The position numbers and the translations under genes are program-made. Below are positions 38,653 to 48,607 of a stretch of 61,585 nt of DNA, piece by piece. The stretch comes from an uncultured Dehalococcoidia bacterium (GTDB taxonomy: Bacteria > Chloroflexota > Dehalococcoidia > Lucifugimonadales > GCA-2712585): positions 1 to 61,585 of the forward strand of contig CAZPLA010000026.1 of NCBI GenBank assembly GCA_964587385.1, in the 5' to 3' direction. The notes below the pieces were generated by a model, which did not search any database, had not been told where the DNA came from, and saw only the letters and a list, made by a program, of their open reading frames with translations. Within the stretch, counting starts at the first letter, position 1; every line of letters begins with the position of its first letter.

Positions 38653-39555
38653 TTAATCTCGGAGTTCCTTAGGTAAAACGAATGTTACATCTTCAGAAAT
38701 TCCTTCTAAGGTTGATATTCTAGTGGGTTTTAGTTTGGTAATGACTTGGTCTACTAGTGTTTCAGGAGTGGAAGCCCCAGAAGTTATGCCAATCTTGGAT
38801 ACACCATTAGTCCAATTCATATCTATGTCGTTTGCGCTGTTTATCAAGTAAGCGGGTACACCTTTACTCTCTGCAACCTCCCTTAGCCTATTACAATTGG
38901 AGCTTTTTTTGGCTCCAATTACTAAAACTAATCCTACTAGTTCGGTTAGCTGTTTAACTGCATCTTGACGATTAGTAGTTGCATAGCACACATCGTTCCT
39001 TACTAGATTATTTGGAAATTGACTTTTAATATGTTCTACGGTTTTTTGTGTGTCATCTACAGAAAGTGTTGTCTGAGTTAAAATGGCTATTTCCGAATTG
39101 GAATCCCAATTTGGAAGATTCATTGATTCACGCCCGTCTACTAAAGCCATGGAAGTTTGACCCATAGTTCCTCTAACTTCTGCATGGCCTTTGTGACCTA
39201 TCAATATGATACGCTTTCCTTCTTTAGAGTATTTTAGGGCTTCGTTATGCACTCGAGTTACCAGTGGGCAGGTAGCATCTATGATTTTAAGATTACGTGC
39301 TTTAGCTTTAGTGAAATCCTCTGGAGGAGATCCGTGGGCAGAAAAAACTACTACAGAACCTGTAGGTATAGCGTCCACATCTTCAACCGTTTTGGCGCCT
39401 TTCTCTGCTAAAGATTGAACGACATATGGATTATGCACGATCTCATGCTTTACATAAATTGGGGTACCGAATTTAGCAAGTGATTTTTCTACAACTTCGA
39501 TAGCCCTGACTACCCCTGCGCAGAACCCTCTAGGTGAACTGAGAATGACCTCCAT
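38653..39555 (-). CDS. ispH: 4-hydroxy-3-methylbut-2-enyl diphosphate reductase
   Basis: PRGFCAGV, IVHN, SAHG, DATCPLV, QTT, CYAT, SSN, GASTP. Confidence 0.97.
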   Translation of the reverse strand: MEVILSSPRGFCAGVVRAIEVVEKSLAKFGTPIYVKHEIVHNPYVVQSLAEKGAKTVEDVDAIPTGSVVVFSAHGSPPEDFTKAKARNLKIIDATCPLVTRVHNEALKYSKEGKRIILIGHKGHAEVRGTMGQTSMALVDGRESMNLPNWDSNSEIAILTQTTLSVDDTQKTVEHIKSQFPNNLVRNDVCYATTNRQDAVKQLTELVGLVLVIGAKKSSNCNRLREVAESKGVPAYLINSANDIDMNWTNGVSKIGITSGASTPETLVDQVITKLKPTRISTLEGISEDVTFVLPKELRD

Positions 39556-39661
39556 CTGATAATTCCTCGGATAAAAATAAAGTGTAATCTAATGTTAGCA
39601 TCACATCTTGCAAGCAATCAATACTGGGAGCTACTTACAAGAAGGTAATGATATATTGTAA

Positions 39662-40837
39662 TTAGGTATTCTTGAATAGTTCCAAATATTTTAAACCGCT
39701 GGCAGTATTCATTAGAATTATGTTTTCGTCGCCAGAGAAGAAATTTTGTTGAATCAAAGCTTTAAGACCGGTTAAGGTTGCTGCCCCCTCAGGGCAAGCG
39801 AAAATGCCTTCGGAGGATCCTAAGATACCCATATCAGTCATCATATCCGAGTCAGATACTGCCATAGCAGTTCCTTTAGTCTGTTGGATTATATCTAGTA
39901 GGATGTAATCGGCAAATACGGAGGGAACTCTTAATCCAGAAGCCAAAGTGCTAGCATTCGGGTAGGGGGTTGTTTCGGAAGCTCCTTCGGCGAATGCCTT
40001 GACCAATGGTTGACATCCTTCTGCTTGAATTGAAATGAATCTGGGTTGAGTGCCATCGATCCAGCCTAATTCTAATAATTCATTGAACGCCTTCCACATT
40101 CCAACGATTCCGGTCCCTCCCCCTGTAGGATATATAATCACGTCTGGTGTTTTCCATCCCAAGTCTAGGGCGATCTCTAATGCCATTGTCTTTTTTCCTT
40201 CAGCTCTATACGGCTCCCTAAGTGTAGATATATCGTATAAATTTTCTATCCTAGCTTTTTCCTGTGACATTCTGCCAGCGTCACTGATTAAACCGTCAAC
40301 TAATGTTAACTGGGCACCTAGAATTTCACATTCACGTTTATTGGATTCTGGTGCATCAAGAGGCATGAATACATGTGATTCAATGCCTGCTCGAGCTGCA
40401 TAAGCGGCTAAAGCTCCGCCCGCATTACCCGCTGTAGGCATGGTTATTGCTTGTTTATTTAGCTCTTTAGCTTTTGATACAGCAGCGGAAATGCCTCGAG
40501 ATTTAAAAGAACCAGTAGGGTTTAATCCTTCGTCTTTTACGTAGAGATTTTTCAGTGCTAGGGATTTGCCTAAATTATCGGCCTTAAGTAATGGAGTTCC
40601 ACCCTCTCCTAAACTTACAACGTTTAACGGATTTATTACCGGCATTAATTCAAAAAAGCGCCACATGTTCGGTCGTCTTTTGATGAATTCAAGAGGGTCG
40701 AGGTGTTTTTTAGCTGAAGCCAAATCGTATCTTGCGAATAAAACTTTCCCGCAAGTGCTACAAGTTCCGATAGCTTGTTCGTGGGAAAAAAGTTGGCCGC
40801 AAGACGTGCATTCGAGATGACTCAGATAACTTTTCAT
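39662..40837 (-). CDS. Threonine synthase-like PLP enzyme, paralog 2 (likely start 40837, MKSYLSHLEC)
   Basis: CTSC..CSTC ribbon, SLGEGGTPL, NPTGSFKSRG, PTAGNAG, PYRAEGKKT, YPTGGG, PEGA. Confidence 0.9.
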   Translation of the reverse strand: MKSYLSHLECTSCGQLFSHEQAIGTCSTCGKVLFARYDLASAKKHLDPLEFIKRRPNMWRFFELMPVINPLNVVSLGEGGTPLLKADNLGKSLALKNLYVKDEGLNPTGSFKSRGISAAVSKAKELNKQAITMPTAGNAGGALAAYAARAGIESHVFMPLDAPESNKRECEILGAQLTLVDGLISDAGRMSQEKARIENLYDISTLREPYRAEGKKTMALEIALDLGWKTPDVIIYPTGGGTGIVGMWKAFNELLELGWIDGTQPRFISIQAEGCQPLVKAFAEGASETTPYPNASTLASGLRVPSVFADYILLDIIQQTKGTAMAVSDSDMMTDMGILGSSEGIFACPEGAATLTGLKALIQQNFFSGDENIILMNTASGLKYLELFKNT

Positions 40838-40936
40838 TGGAAATACTCCTTGTAGGGGTTCTTGCCTTTTTGTATCATAGGCCTGACTAGGGCCGTGATG
40901 GGCCATTGAATGCATACTTTAATTTAGGACGATAAA

Positions 40937-42268
40937 ATGAGCGGAATTGACTTAGAATTTCATAGTAAACATCCGACTTCTGCTAAATTAGCTGAAGAAT
41001 CTGGCATGCTTTTCCCTGATGGAGTAACTCATGACACCCGTTATGTATCTCCTTTTCCATTATTTATGAAGGAAGGTTTAGGACCCTATAAATGGGATGT
41101 TGATGGTAATAGATACATAGACTATGTTTCTGGGCATGGCTCTTTGATCTTAGGCCATTCCCATCCAGATATAGTAGCGGCGGTGGCTGAGCAAGTTTCA
41201 AAAGGGACCCACTTGGGAGCCAATACCGAATTAGAAATTCGTTGGGCTAAATCCATAAAAAACTTGATGCCATCGATTGAAAGAATAAGATTTCATAGTT
41301 CCGGCACCGAGGCGACTATGATGGCAATGCGTTTGGCAAGAGCTTATACGGGGAAGGACAAAATCATTAAATTCCAAGACCATTTTCATGGGTGGAACGA
41401 TTATGCGAGTGCGGGTTCGGATCGTGGGACAGGCGGTATTCCATCTACAACCCTAGAATCTATGATCGTATTGCCCGATGGTGATATTGATTTAGTTGAG
41501 GATTGCCTTTCCAAGGACAAAAATATCGCCGCAGTGATAGTAGAACCATCTGGTGCCCATATGGGGTCACTACCTTTGCACCCTGATTTTTTGCATGATC
41601 TTAGGGAAGTTACTAGGAAATACAATGTGGTATTCATAATGGATGAGGTGGTAACTGGATTTCGACTGTCTAAGGGCGGAGCTCAGATAAGATACGGAAT
41701 TGATCCAGATCTAACTACTATGGCAAAGATCCTCGCAGGTGGACTACCAGGCGGAGCTGTAGGTGGCCACGTAGATATTATGGATATGATAGCTCATAGA
41801 GGAGTTTCTTCTTGGGACGATACATATAGAGTTTCACATCCTGGAACATTTAATGCTAATCCGCTGGCTGCTGTTGCTGGAGCTACGTGTTTAGAAATAT
41901 TGAGCAAGGATGATATAAATCTTAGGGCTGACCAAGCTGCAACTAAACTAAAAGATGGCTTCAATCAGATTTTCGGAAAAATGGAAGTGCCAGGAGTAGC
42001 CTATGGTGTCAGCTCATTGGTCCAAATAGCTTTTGGTTTAGAATGTGACGCTGGTGAAATATGGCGCATTCCAAGGAATGAGGTCGGGGGTGGGCCTAAA
42101 CCTGGCGCCAAACAAGGATTTAAAAAAGCTATGTTGAATGCGGGCGTAGATACCATGGGGGGTAGTGGGTTGATAGTATCGGGATTTCATTCTGATGATG
42201 ATGTTTCAGCTACGATAACTGCTTTTGAAGAGGCCCTAATTGCTCTTCGTAACGAGAATTTGGTTTAA
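40937..42268 (+). CDS. Class III aminotransferase, glutamate-1-semialdehyde aminomutase-like paralog
   Basis: WDVDGNRYIDY, SGTEATM, FHG, DEVVTGFR, TMAKILAGGLP, PGTFNANP. Confidence 0.9.
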   Translation: MSGIDLEFHSKHPTSAKLAEESGMLFPDGVTHDTRYVSPFPLFMKEGLGPYKWDVDGNRYIDYVSGHGSLILGHSHPDIVAAVAEQVSKGTHLGANTELEIRWAKSIKNLMPSIERIRFHSSGTEATMMAMRLARAYTGKDKIIKFQDHFHGWNDYASAGSDRGTGGIPSTTLESMIVLPDGDIDLVEDCLSKDKNIAAVIVEPSGAHMGSLPLHPDFLHDLREVTRKYNVVFIMDEVVTGFRLSKGGAQIRYGIDPDLTTMAKILAGGLPGGAVGGHVDIMDMIAHRGVSSWDDTYRVSHPGTFNANPLAAVAGATCLEILSKDDINLRADQAATKLKDGFNQIFGKMEVPGVAYGVSSLVQIAFGLECDAGEIWRIPRNEVGGGPKPGAKQGFKKAMLNAGVDTMGGSGLIVSGFHSDDDVSATITAFEEALIALRNENLV

Positions 42269-42328
42269 ATAAGCACATCTTGAGGTATAGGTCTTTAGTA
42301 AAAACAGGCTTTTGCCTTGTCGGTCCAT

Positions 42329-43462
42329 TTAGGTAGATTGAAGCATTATTCTTTGAATGTGTTTAGCTAACCGAAACATTTCAGTAATCGTATTAGTGCC
42401 ACTGTTTAGACTGGGGCTTACGTGGTCGAATATAGAGCCATACTCTGTGAATAACACATTTGTTTTACCATCTAATGCTTCAAATAATTGTCGTGAATGA
42501 GAAACTGGCACTAATGAATCATTCCGATCGTGCATGATCAAAATGGATGCTTTGATATCGGCAATATGTGAACTCGGAGAAAGTTGATGCAATTGTGATT
42601 TATTGTGTGCTGGTAGTGTTTCAAATGCAGAGCTAGCGCCGTGTCTCGACTTTTGACCCAATAAGTTGTGGATTCTTTGCCCGTTTTCTGTTAATAGAGT
42701 TTTGTCTATATTATTAGTTCGGTTGTTTGTGAACCAGTTGGTAATTATATTAGCTTCTTCATTTGAGATCTTATCGGTCAAATGAGTCGCGAGGACTTTC
42801 TTGGAGAGTTTATCTGGTTGCCAATATTGGATCCCGTGATTATCCTCCGAGGTTTCTGAAATAATTGATATTGCTAGTTCCTTCATGTCAAAATATGGTC
42901 CAAATGCATTAACAAACTGTACATCGTTACTTATTAGCGGATCACTTGCAGCGATTAAGGCAAAGCTTCCTCCTACACAAAAGCCTCCAATTCCTACGCG
43001 TGTAGGATCTACAAAGTCTAAATTCCTGAGATATTGAAAGGACGCTACAAGGTTATCTATTTCCTTCGTTGTCATAATTCCTTGTTCCATATCAGAAGAC
43101 CAATAATACAGTGCTGCCATATTAGAACGGGCTAATGCGTTTCCAAGGTTCACAACTCGTGGGTCGGAAGCGCGAGCTGGTTGGACTCCTAGAAATAATA
43201 GAACGGCGGCGTATGGGCCTTCACCTGGGGGTCTGTAGAGGTCTCCTGATAATTTGCGCCCAGAGGATTCAAATGAAAGGTGTTCTACGATTGGTTTAGG
43301 TGTAAACCACTCCAGGGGGCTGACGCTTTGATCGAAAACATGTATAACGAATAATAGCGATTTTACGGACGATCGCCCTTCACGTGTGGCGCCTAGTAAT
43401 ATGGTGATGATGATAACAGCTATAAAAACCAATTGGGTTACTTTTTTTAGGATTGGTTTCAA
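42329..43462 (-). CDS. Membrane-anchored alpha/beta hydrolase with Cys nucleophile elbow (dienelactone hydrolase-like)
   Basis: N-terminal TM; RVGIGGFCVGG; HDRNDSLVP; FDHV. Confidence 0.75.
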   Translation of the reverse strand: MKPILKKVTQLVFIAVIIITILLGATREGRSSVKSLLFVIHVFDQSVSPLEWFTPKPIVEHLSFESSGRKLSGDLYRPPGEGPYAAVLLFLGVQPARASDPRVVNLGNALARSNMAALYYWSSDMEQGIMTTKEIDNLVASFQYLRNLDFVDPTRVGIGGFCVGGSFALIAASDPLISNDVQFVNAFGPYFDMKELAISIISETSEDNHGIQYWQPDKLSKKVLATHLTDKISNEEANIITNWFTNNRTNNIDKTLLTENGQRIHNLLGQKSRHGASSAFETLPAHNKSQLHQLSPSSHIADIKASILIMHDRNDSLVPVSHSRQLFEALDGKTNVLFTEYGSIFDHVSPSLNSGTNTITEMFRLAKHIQRIMLQST

Positions 43463-43502
43463 GTAAAATAGTCCTCTCCCAATTACAGGTTAGTAAGATT
43501 AA

Positions 43503-44075
43503 TTATTCCTTAGTCTCTTGTGTTATTAATAGACTGTCGATAATTGAAATCAAAGTAGGCTCATCCATTGGACCAACAAATTTGCGTATTATATTTCCCT
43601 CTTGGTCTATGAATAATTTTTCAGGTATACCTTTGATTCCAAATTCAACTGCGAGTTTTCCATGCTGATCAATTGAAACGGGGTATGAAATGTCGAATCG
43701 TTCGTGAAAGTTCTTCACATCAGATTTATTGTCCCAGATGGAAACTCCTATAAATTCTACTGGATCGTGTTCATAGTGCTTGTAAACTTTTGATAATATC
43801 GGGGCTTCAGCTCTGCAAGGAGCACACCAAGAACTCCAAAAGTCTAACATTATCACCTGACCATGTAGAGACTGGGAGTGAATAACCATGTCGTCTAGAG
43901 TAGTTAACGAAAAAGTAGTTGGTATTGAGTTTGTAATTGCTCTCTCCCCTAAGTCGTTATTAACACCCACCTGAGAGTTGGGATTAGCATCGTCGCTGTT
44001 TGCCCATATTAATAACCCAAAGATAAGGAATGTTGGTATTGAAACGAGTACAAGTACTAAACTTCGCTTAGTCAA
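43503..44075 (-). CDS. TlpA/ResA/CcmG-like membrane thiol-disulfide oxidoreductase
   Basis: N-terminal TM; FWSSWCAPCRAEAP; GIPEKLFID. Confidence 0.92.
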   Translation of the reverse strand: MTKRSLVLVLVSIPTFLIFGLLIWANSDDANPNSQVGVNNDLGERAITNSIPTTFSLTTLDDMVIHSQSLHGQVIMLDFWSSWCAPCRAEAPILSKVYKHYEHDPVEFIGVSIWDNKSDVKNFHERFDISYPVSIDQHGKLAVEFGIKGIPEKLFIDQEGNIIRKFVGPMDEPTLISIIDSLLITQETKE

Positions 44076-45118
44076 TTTGAGATATCCTGGTCTATGTAAT
44101 GTACAAGACGAGATTGGTAAAGCAGGGCAAATGCCAATAATCCAATTAGGCTAATGGCAAATATAATTGGGAACCATATAGTCGCAAAGGTTGTGTTGTT
44201 GGATTTTGCGAATAATGTTTGCCAGAAAGAAGGTTGCGGCAAGTCGATTAGATGGGTGACTAAAGCGAGAGAGTTAGTTGGCTCTAGGGCTTCCCAGACA
44301 TTATATACGGTGCCTTCTAATTCGACCTCTCCTAAGGATTCATAGTTCGTTCCTGATATAAGGCCAGAGTTTTCTGGGATAAGGACTCGGAATTTGGAAG
44401 TTTTTTGAAGGAAGGAATGGGAAATTGTTGAATCGTTTTTATCGTATGGGAATTTATAACTGAAAGCGATTTGATGAAATCCTGGTTTTATGGATCCGTA
44501 CAACCCAAATCCACTTCCTACATTTATGATTTGAGCGTTGGGCAAATCGGATTGAACCTCTAAGGAGCTCCAATCTTCCACCAGCGAAAAACGAAGAAAA
44601 TTCATATTCTCAGGTCCATCCATGACTGGTTTAAACGTTAATTTGTCATTATTGGTTAGTAGGATTATTTCCATGGCGGATATGCTCAGATCTGCCGGGT
44701 TTACTTCACGTACTAATAATGTATGAGAATCTATGTTTAGGATATTTATGTTTTGAGTGGTGTTATATATTGGAAAGTTTATTGGTTGTTTTCCCAGTGG
44801 ATGGTTTAACTCGAGCGAATATTCAACGTTCAAATAATTCGTTATCAGGGAATATGAGTCAGATGGGATCGAATGTATATTTGGAAATTCAAAATATCCG
44901 CTTTTGTCCGAAATTGCTTGGTGTTGTACAACTCCGGTATCCTTGCCAACTATTTGGAGGATAACAGTCTGTTGATCAGGAATATCACTATTGGGACTCT
45001 GGTTAATCAGGTTACCGTTAATCGTGATTAATTCTTGGCTATGGACCAAGGTTATTGGAAAAGCGAACAAATGTAAGCAGAATAGCATGAACAATAATGT
45101 GATTAATTTATAATTCAC
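44072..45118 (-). CDS. Hypothetical exported protein with beta-sandwich N-domain and C-terminal TM (ccm-associated)
   Basis: Signal peptide, SDKSGYFEF (carboxypeptidase-regulatory-like pattern), C-terminal TM; overlaps both neighbours by 4 bp. Confidence 0.75.
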   Translation of the reverse strand: MNYKLITLLFMLFCLHLFAFPITLVHSQELITINGNLINQSPNSDIPDQQTVILQIVGKDTGVVQHQAISDKSGYFEFPNIHSIPSDSYSLITNYLNVEYSLELNHPLGKQPINFPIYNTTQNINILNIDSHTLLVREVNPADLSISAMEIILLTNNDKLTFKPVMDGPENMNFLRFSLVEDWSSLEVQSDLPNAQIINVGSGFGLYGSIKPGFHQIAFSYKFPYDKNDSTISHSFLQKTSKFRVLIPENSGLISGTNYESLGEVELEGTVYNVWEALEPTNSLALVTHLIDLPQPSFWQTLFAKSNNTTFATIWFPIIFAISLIGLLAFALLYQSRLVHYIDQDISN

Positions 45119-45468
45119 GGTTGGCTATTCTTCTCCGTTGTACTGCTTGACTGAATGGGAACATCTGCTTCAGCAAGTGTATTCTTAACCTGTTCCAATT
45201 GCATAAAATTGATGGCAATTTGCTCTTTTAATAAAACAATTTGATGTGAAAACTCAACTTTTGAAATGATTTGCATTTCCATGTCTTTATGTAGTTGGTC
45301 AATTTGTTCAAATAATGCAGCTTGAGTTTGATTAAGAGGATGCAGGTCGATTTGATGGCTGTTAGTTCGCACATTAGCACGGATGCGTAGGAATGGTCTT
45401 AAAAGAATCATCAGACTGGCTAGGCCAAGGGCTATTGCAAGTAATGTGAACATTAAATAAAACTCCAA
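45115..45468 (-). CDS. Small single-TM protein resembling the CcmI N-terminal (CycH) segment
   Basis: TM..RPFLR...QIDQLHKDMEMQIISKVEF resembles the 'L..D...G.I...E' pattern; directly follows ccmF. Confidence 0.6.
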   Translation of the reverse strand: MEFYLMFTLLAIALGLASLMILLRPFLRIRANVRTNSHQIDLHPLNQTQAALFEQIDQLHKDMEMQIISKVEFSHQIVLLKEQIAINFMQLEQVKNTLAEADVPIQSSSTTEKNSQP

Positions 45469-45489
45469 TTAGCTATTTGAGATGCGGGT

Positions 45490-47472
45490 TTAGGGTTTGT
45501 AAGAAACCTCTTCTTTATTAGGTGAAGCTCGGAGATTATGAGAACGAGTTGGCCAAAGCGCAATAAGAGTGCCAATTATCATTATGGGTCCTGCAACCCA
45601 CATCCACCACATCAACGGGTTAACAAAAACCCTGAATATAATATCTTCAGTATCACTTCTGATCTCACCCGGAACGATATAGAAATCTTCGATAGGACTG
45701 GAAATTATGCCTGCTCTTGTTGAACTCATGTTAAAGCTGGGATAGAAAATCCTAAATGGGGTTAACGTTTCCTCCGGTCCATTCCGGTTAGATATATCCA
45801 GAAAAAAGCGAGATTCTACCCTGTCTTTATAGTGAAGGGTTTCAGAATTCAAGTATGTTATCGTGTAATTATTGACATCAATACGTTGACCTGGAGATAA
45901 AGTTATATCGGACTGTGTACTATAAAAAGAAGATCCTACGATAGCGGCGGCTAATGAAATTATTGCTAAGTGAACAATATATCCTCCGTATCTGGGACGG
46001 TTAGATACGATTAGTTTAAGGAATCCGGACAGGTAGTTTTCACCGTGTCGACGGAGTACCATAGTCCCTCTAATCCACTCACGTAATATTCCGATGGTGA
46101 CTATTGTCATTAATCCAAAACTGGTTAGCACATATGGTTTATTAATTCCAAAAAGAAACATGATTAAGATGACCATCACACCAATTAACATGGGTGTGAG
46201 TAAAGCGTTCCTTAGTGACTGTATGTTGGATCTCCGCCAAGGAATGAGAGGTCCAACTCCCATTAAGAATATTAGACCAAGCATTAATGGCCCGTTAACT
46301 TGATTGTAAAAGGATTCGCCTACAGTTACAGTGAAACCAGTAAATAATTGGGATATCAGTGGATAGATTACTCCCCACAAAGTTACAAATGCTATGCCCA
46401 ATAAAAACAAATTGTTTACTAGAAATGCCGCTTCACGTGAAAGTGTAGATTCAAGGTATTGATTACTTTTGAGATGGTTAAATCTTATAAAGAACAGTGT
46501 GAATGGAATAATTGTTCCTACGATCAAGAATGCTAAAAATACCCAGCCTAGGGATGAAGCAGCAAAAGAATGAACAGAAGGCACTGGCCCGCCTCTGTTT
46601 ATAAACATTCCGAATAATGCCAAAACGAATGTAATGTTAATTAGTGCCATATTCCACATTCTAAACATTCCTAGACGTTTCTGGACCATTATAGAATGAA
46701 TAAATGCTGTTAGCCCTAACCATGGCATAAATCCTGCATTTTCTACTGGATCCCATGCCCAGTACCCTCCCCAGCCGAGGATCGTATAGGCCCACCAAGA
46801 ACCTAGGAGTAATCCACTTCCTAGGGTAGCCCAGGCTAAGATTCCCCATACTCGTCCTGCATCAACCCATTGATCACGGGTTCTTTTGGAAATTAGTGAT
46901 CCGAGAGCAAAAGAGAAAGGGACAGTTACCATTATCAATCCCGTCATCAGGACTGGAGGATGTATAAACATTCCTGGATGGAGTAGCAAGGGATTTATTC
47001 CCAATCCGTCAATAGGGACGGGATCGAGCGTAGCGAACGGATTTGCCAATAAAGCCATGACGCTTAGAAAAAATACCAATACAGTCATTAAAATTGCATT
47101 AGTGTAGGGCAACCACGGCTTAAAATTATGAGGTGAGGTAACTAAAGCGATTGATGAAAGAATAGATAAACTAGTCGCTATAAAAAGTAGTGAGCCTTCA
47201 TTCCCAGCATACATTGCAACCCACGTGTATGCTTTGGGCATCGCTAAGTTGCTGTGAGAATATACATAGGCAATTCCAAAATCGTGAGTTATAAAGCCAG
47301 CTACCAGACAAAAGCTGGATATTAGCAGGGATAAAGCAGATAAATATGTAGAGTAAACACCGCTTTCTATAAGTTCAGGGTATTCTTTCCATTTGCCAAT
47401 GATCGAAGCCGCTACGGAATAGAGGGCTAGCCCCAATGCTATGTATAAAGCTGATAGTCCAAGTTCAGCCAT
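45490..47472 (-). CDS. ccmF: Cytochrome c heme lyase CcmF/NrfE
   Basis: GNEGSLL, NPLL.HPGM.IHPP, WWAYTILGWGGYWAWDPVENA (WWD domain), SVHSFA. Confidence 0.96.
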   Translation of the reverse strand: MAELGLSALYIALGLALYSVAASIIGKWKEYPELIESGVYSTYLSALSLLISSFCLVAGFITHDFGIAYVYSHSNLAMPKAYTWVAMYAGNEGSLLFIATSLSILSSIALVTSPHNFKPWLPYTNAILMTVLVFFLSVMALLANPFATLDPVPIDGLGINPLLLHPGMFIHPPVLMTGLIMVTVPFSFALGSLISKRTRDQWVDAGRVWGILAWATLGSGLLLGSWWAYTILGWGGYWAWDPVENAGFMPWLGLTAFIHSIMVQKRLGMFRMWNMALINITFVLALFGMFINRGGPVPSVHSFAASSLGWVFLAFLIVGTIIPFTLFFIRFNHLKSNQYLESTLSREAAFLVNNLFLLGIAFVTLWGVIYPLISQLFTGFTVTVGESFYNQVNGPLMLGLIFLMGVGPLIPWRRSNIQSLRNALLTPMLIGVMVILIMFLFGINKPYVLTSFGLMTIVTIGILREWIRGTMVLRRHGENYLSGFLKLIVSNRPRYGGYIVHLAIISLAAAIVGSSFYSTQSDITLSPGQRIDVNNYTITYLNSETLHYKDRVESRFFLDISNRNGPEETLTPFRIFYPSFNMSSTRAGIISSPIEDFYIVPGEIRSDTEDIIFRVFVNPLMWWMWVAGPIMIIGTLIALWPTRSHNLRASPNKEEVSYKP

Positions 47473-48043
47473 TTATATCACCATTTGCCTTACTTTCTGG
47501 ATTCGTTGAATAACTTGCGCCAGAACCTTCATTATTATAAGGATCTTTCAAATATCGTTGCTTTATTTCCAGGTCTGCTATGTTTAGATACGATTTTAAA
47601 GGTTTGTTTTGCAAATTGTCAGGGTCGACGTATCTATGCTGTTTCATTGCTTTAAGTGATAAACCAAGTAGGACACAGGCTAAAAAGAAGAAGATTGGAG
47701 GAACTAGCCAAACAGTTAGCGTAAAGCCTTTTTTAGGAGGTTCTGATAGGACACTGAGACCATAACGTTCTTCGGACGAAAAATAATCCAGGATTTGTTT
47801 AGTGGACCAACCTTCATGTAGTTTATCTCTGATAATTCCTTTCATGTCCATTGCTAATGGTACCTGGGATTGATCTAGGGTTTCAGCAGGGCATACGGGG
47901 CAGATTAACATTTTGTCGATTTGTTGAGCTCGTTCTTCAATGCTACGGTTGTTTTCAGATACGCAAGAGGAACTCATGATAGGTATAGATATTATAAAAA
48001 TTAGCCAAAATATACGAAAAGAGTGTAGAGACATGTTGTTCAC
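47465..48043 (-). CDS. ccmH: Cytochrome c maturation protein CcmH/NrfF
   Basis: LICPVCPAETLDQS..LA..M, RYG..VL..PP, WLVP. Confidence 0.9.
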   Translation of the reverse strand: MNNMSLHSFRIFWLIFIISIPIMSSSCVSENNRSIEERAQQIDKMLICPVCPAETLDQSQVPLAMDMKGIIRDKLHEGWSTKQILDYFSSEERYGLSVLSEPPKKGFTLTVWLVPPIFFFLACVLLGLSLKAMKQHRYVDPDNLQNKPLKSYLNIADLEIKQRYLKDPYNNEGSGASYSTNPESKANGDING

Positions 48044-48139
48044 TATAGTAGTAAGCAGCCTGAGTCCATTAAATTTTAGGCATCATTTTGCACCTGAACA
48101 AACAAAATCGAGCAACCGGAAGATTATTATAACAAACTA

Positions 48140-48565
48140 TCAGGATTTATCTTCATCATGCCAATGGACTAGTCCTGTTATTAAAACCATAGCATGCATT
48201 GAAACAAAAAGGGCAAGAAACCCGCTTGCAAGTTGGTTGGAATCGCCATAATCCGAATATGCGAAACCTGGTGCGACAAATAATAGAACTGCAACCGATG
48301 CGATAGCGGCATACTTTGCCCTAGCCCCTGCTGATAGGAGTAAAGCTACTGCAATAGAGATAGAGCCGAATAACATGGCATGTGTTGCCCATATGATCTC
48401 ATAGGCTTTAGCAATGTGAATGGTGCCTTCTGTTAGCTGGGAATTCCAAGCAGCGCGTACGGAATTTTCAAGATCTAATAGGTCTGGAAGAGAACCGATA
48501 AATGGAGCGATACCCATTATCAATAGCCACATTCTTACATGCAGAATTCTCTTAATTATCGCCAT
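48140..48565 (-). CDS. Hypothetical 4-TM membrane protein
   Basis: 141-aa hydrophobic ORF with AAGGA RBS, between actE and ccmH. Confidence 0.75.
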   Translation of the reverse strand: MAIIKRILHVRMWLLIMGIAPFIGSLPDLLDLENSVRAAWNSQLTEGTIHIAKAYEIIWATHAMLFGSISIAVALLLSAGARAKYAAIASVAVLLFVAPGFAYSDYGDSNQLASGFLALFVSMHAMVLITGLVHWHDEDKS

Positions 48566-48607
48566 CAGTAGTTCCTTACATTCAGGTTATTAAATCTGGC
48601 AGAAAGT

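Noticed and set aside
40937-42268. Calling this gene hemL
   Set aside because: It diverges from canonical HemL (PDGVTHDTR rather than PGGVNSPVR) and has no hem gene neighbours.
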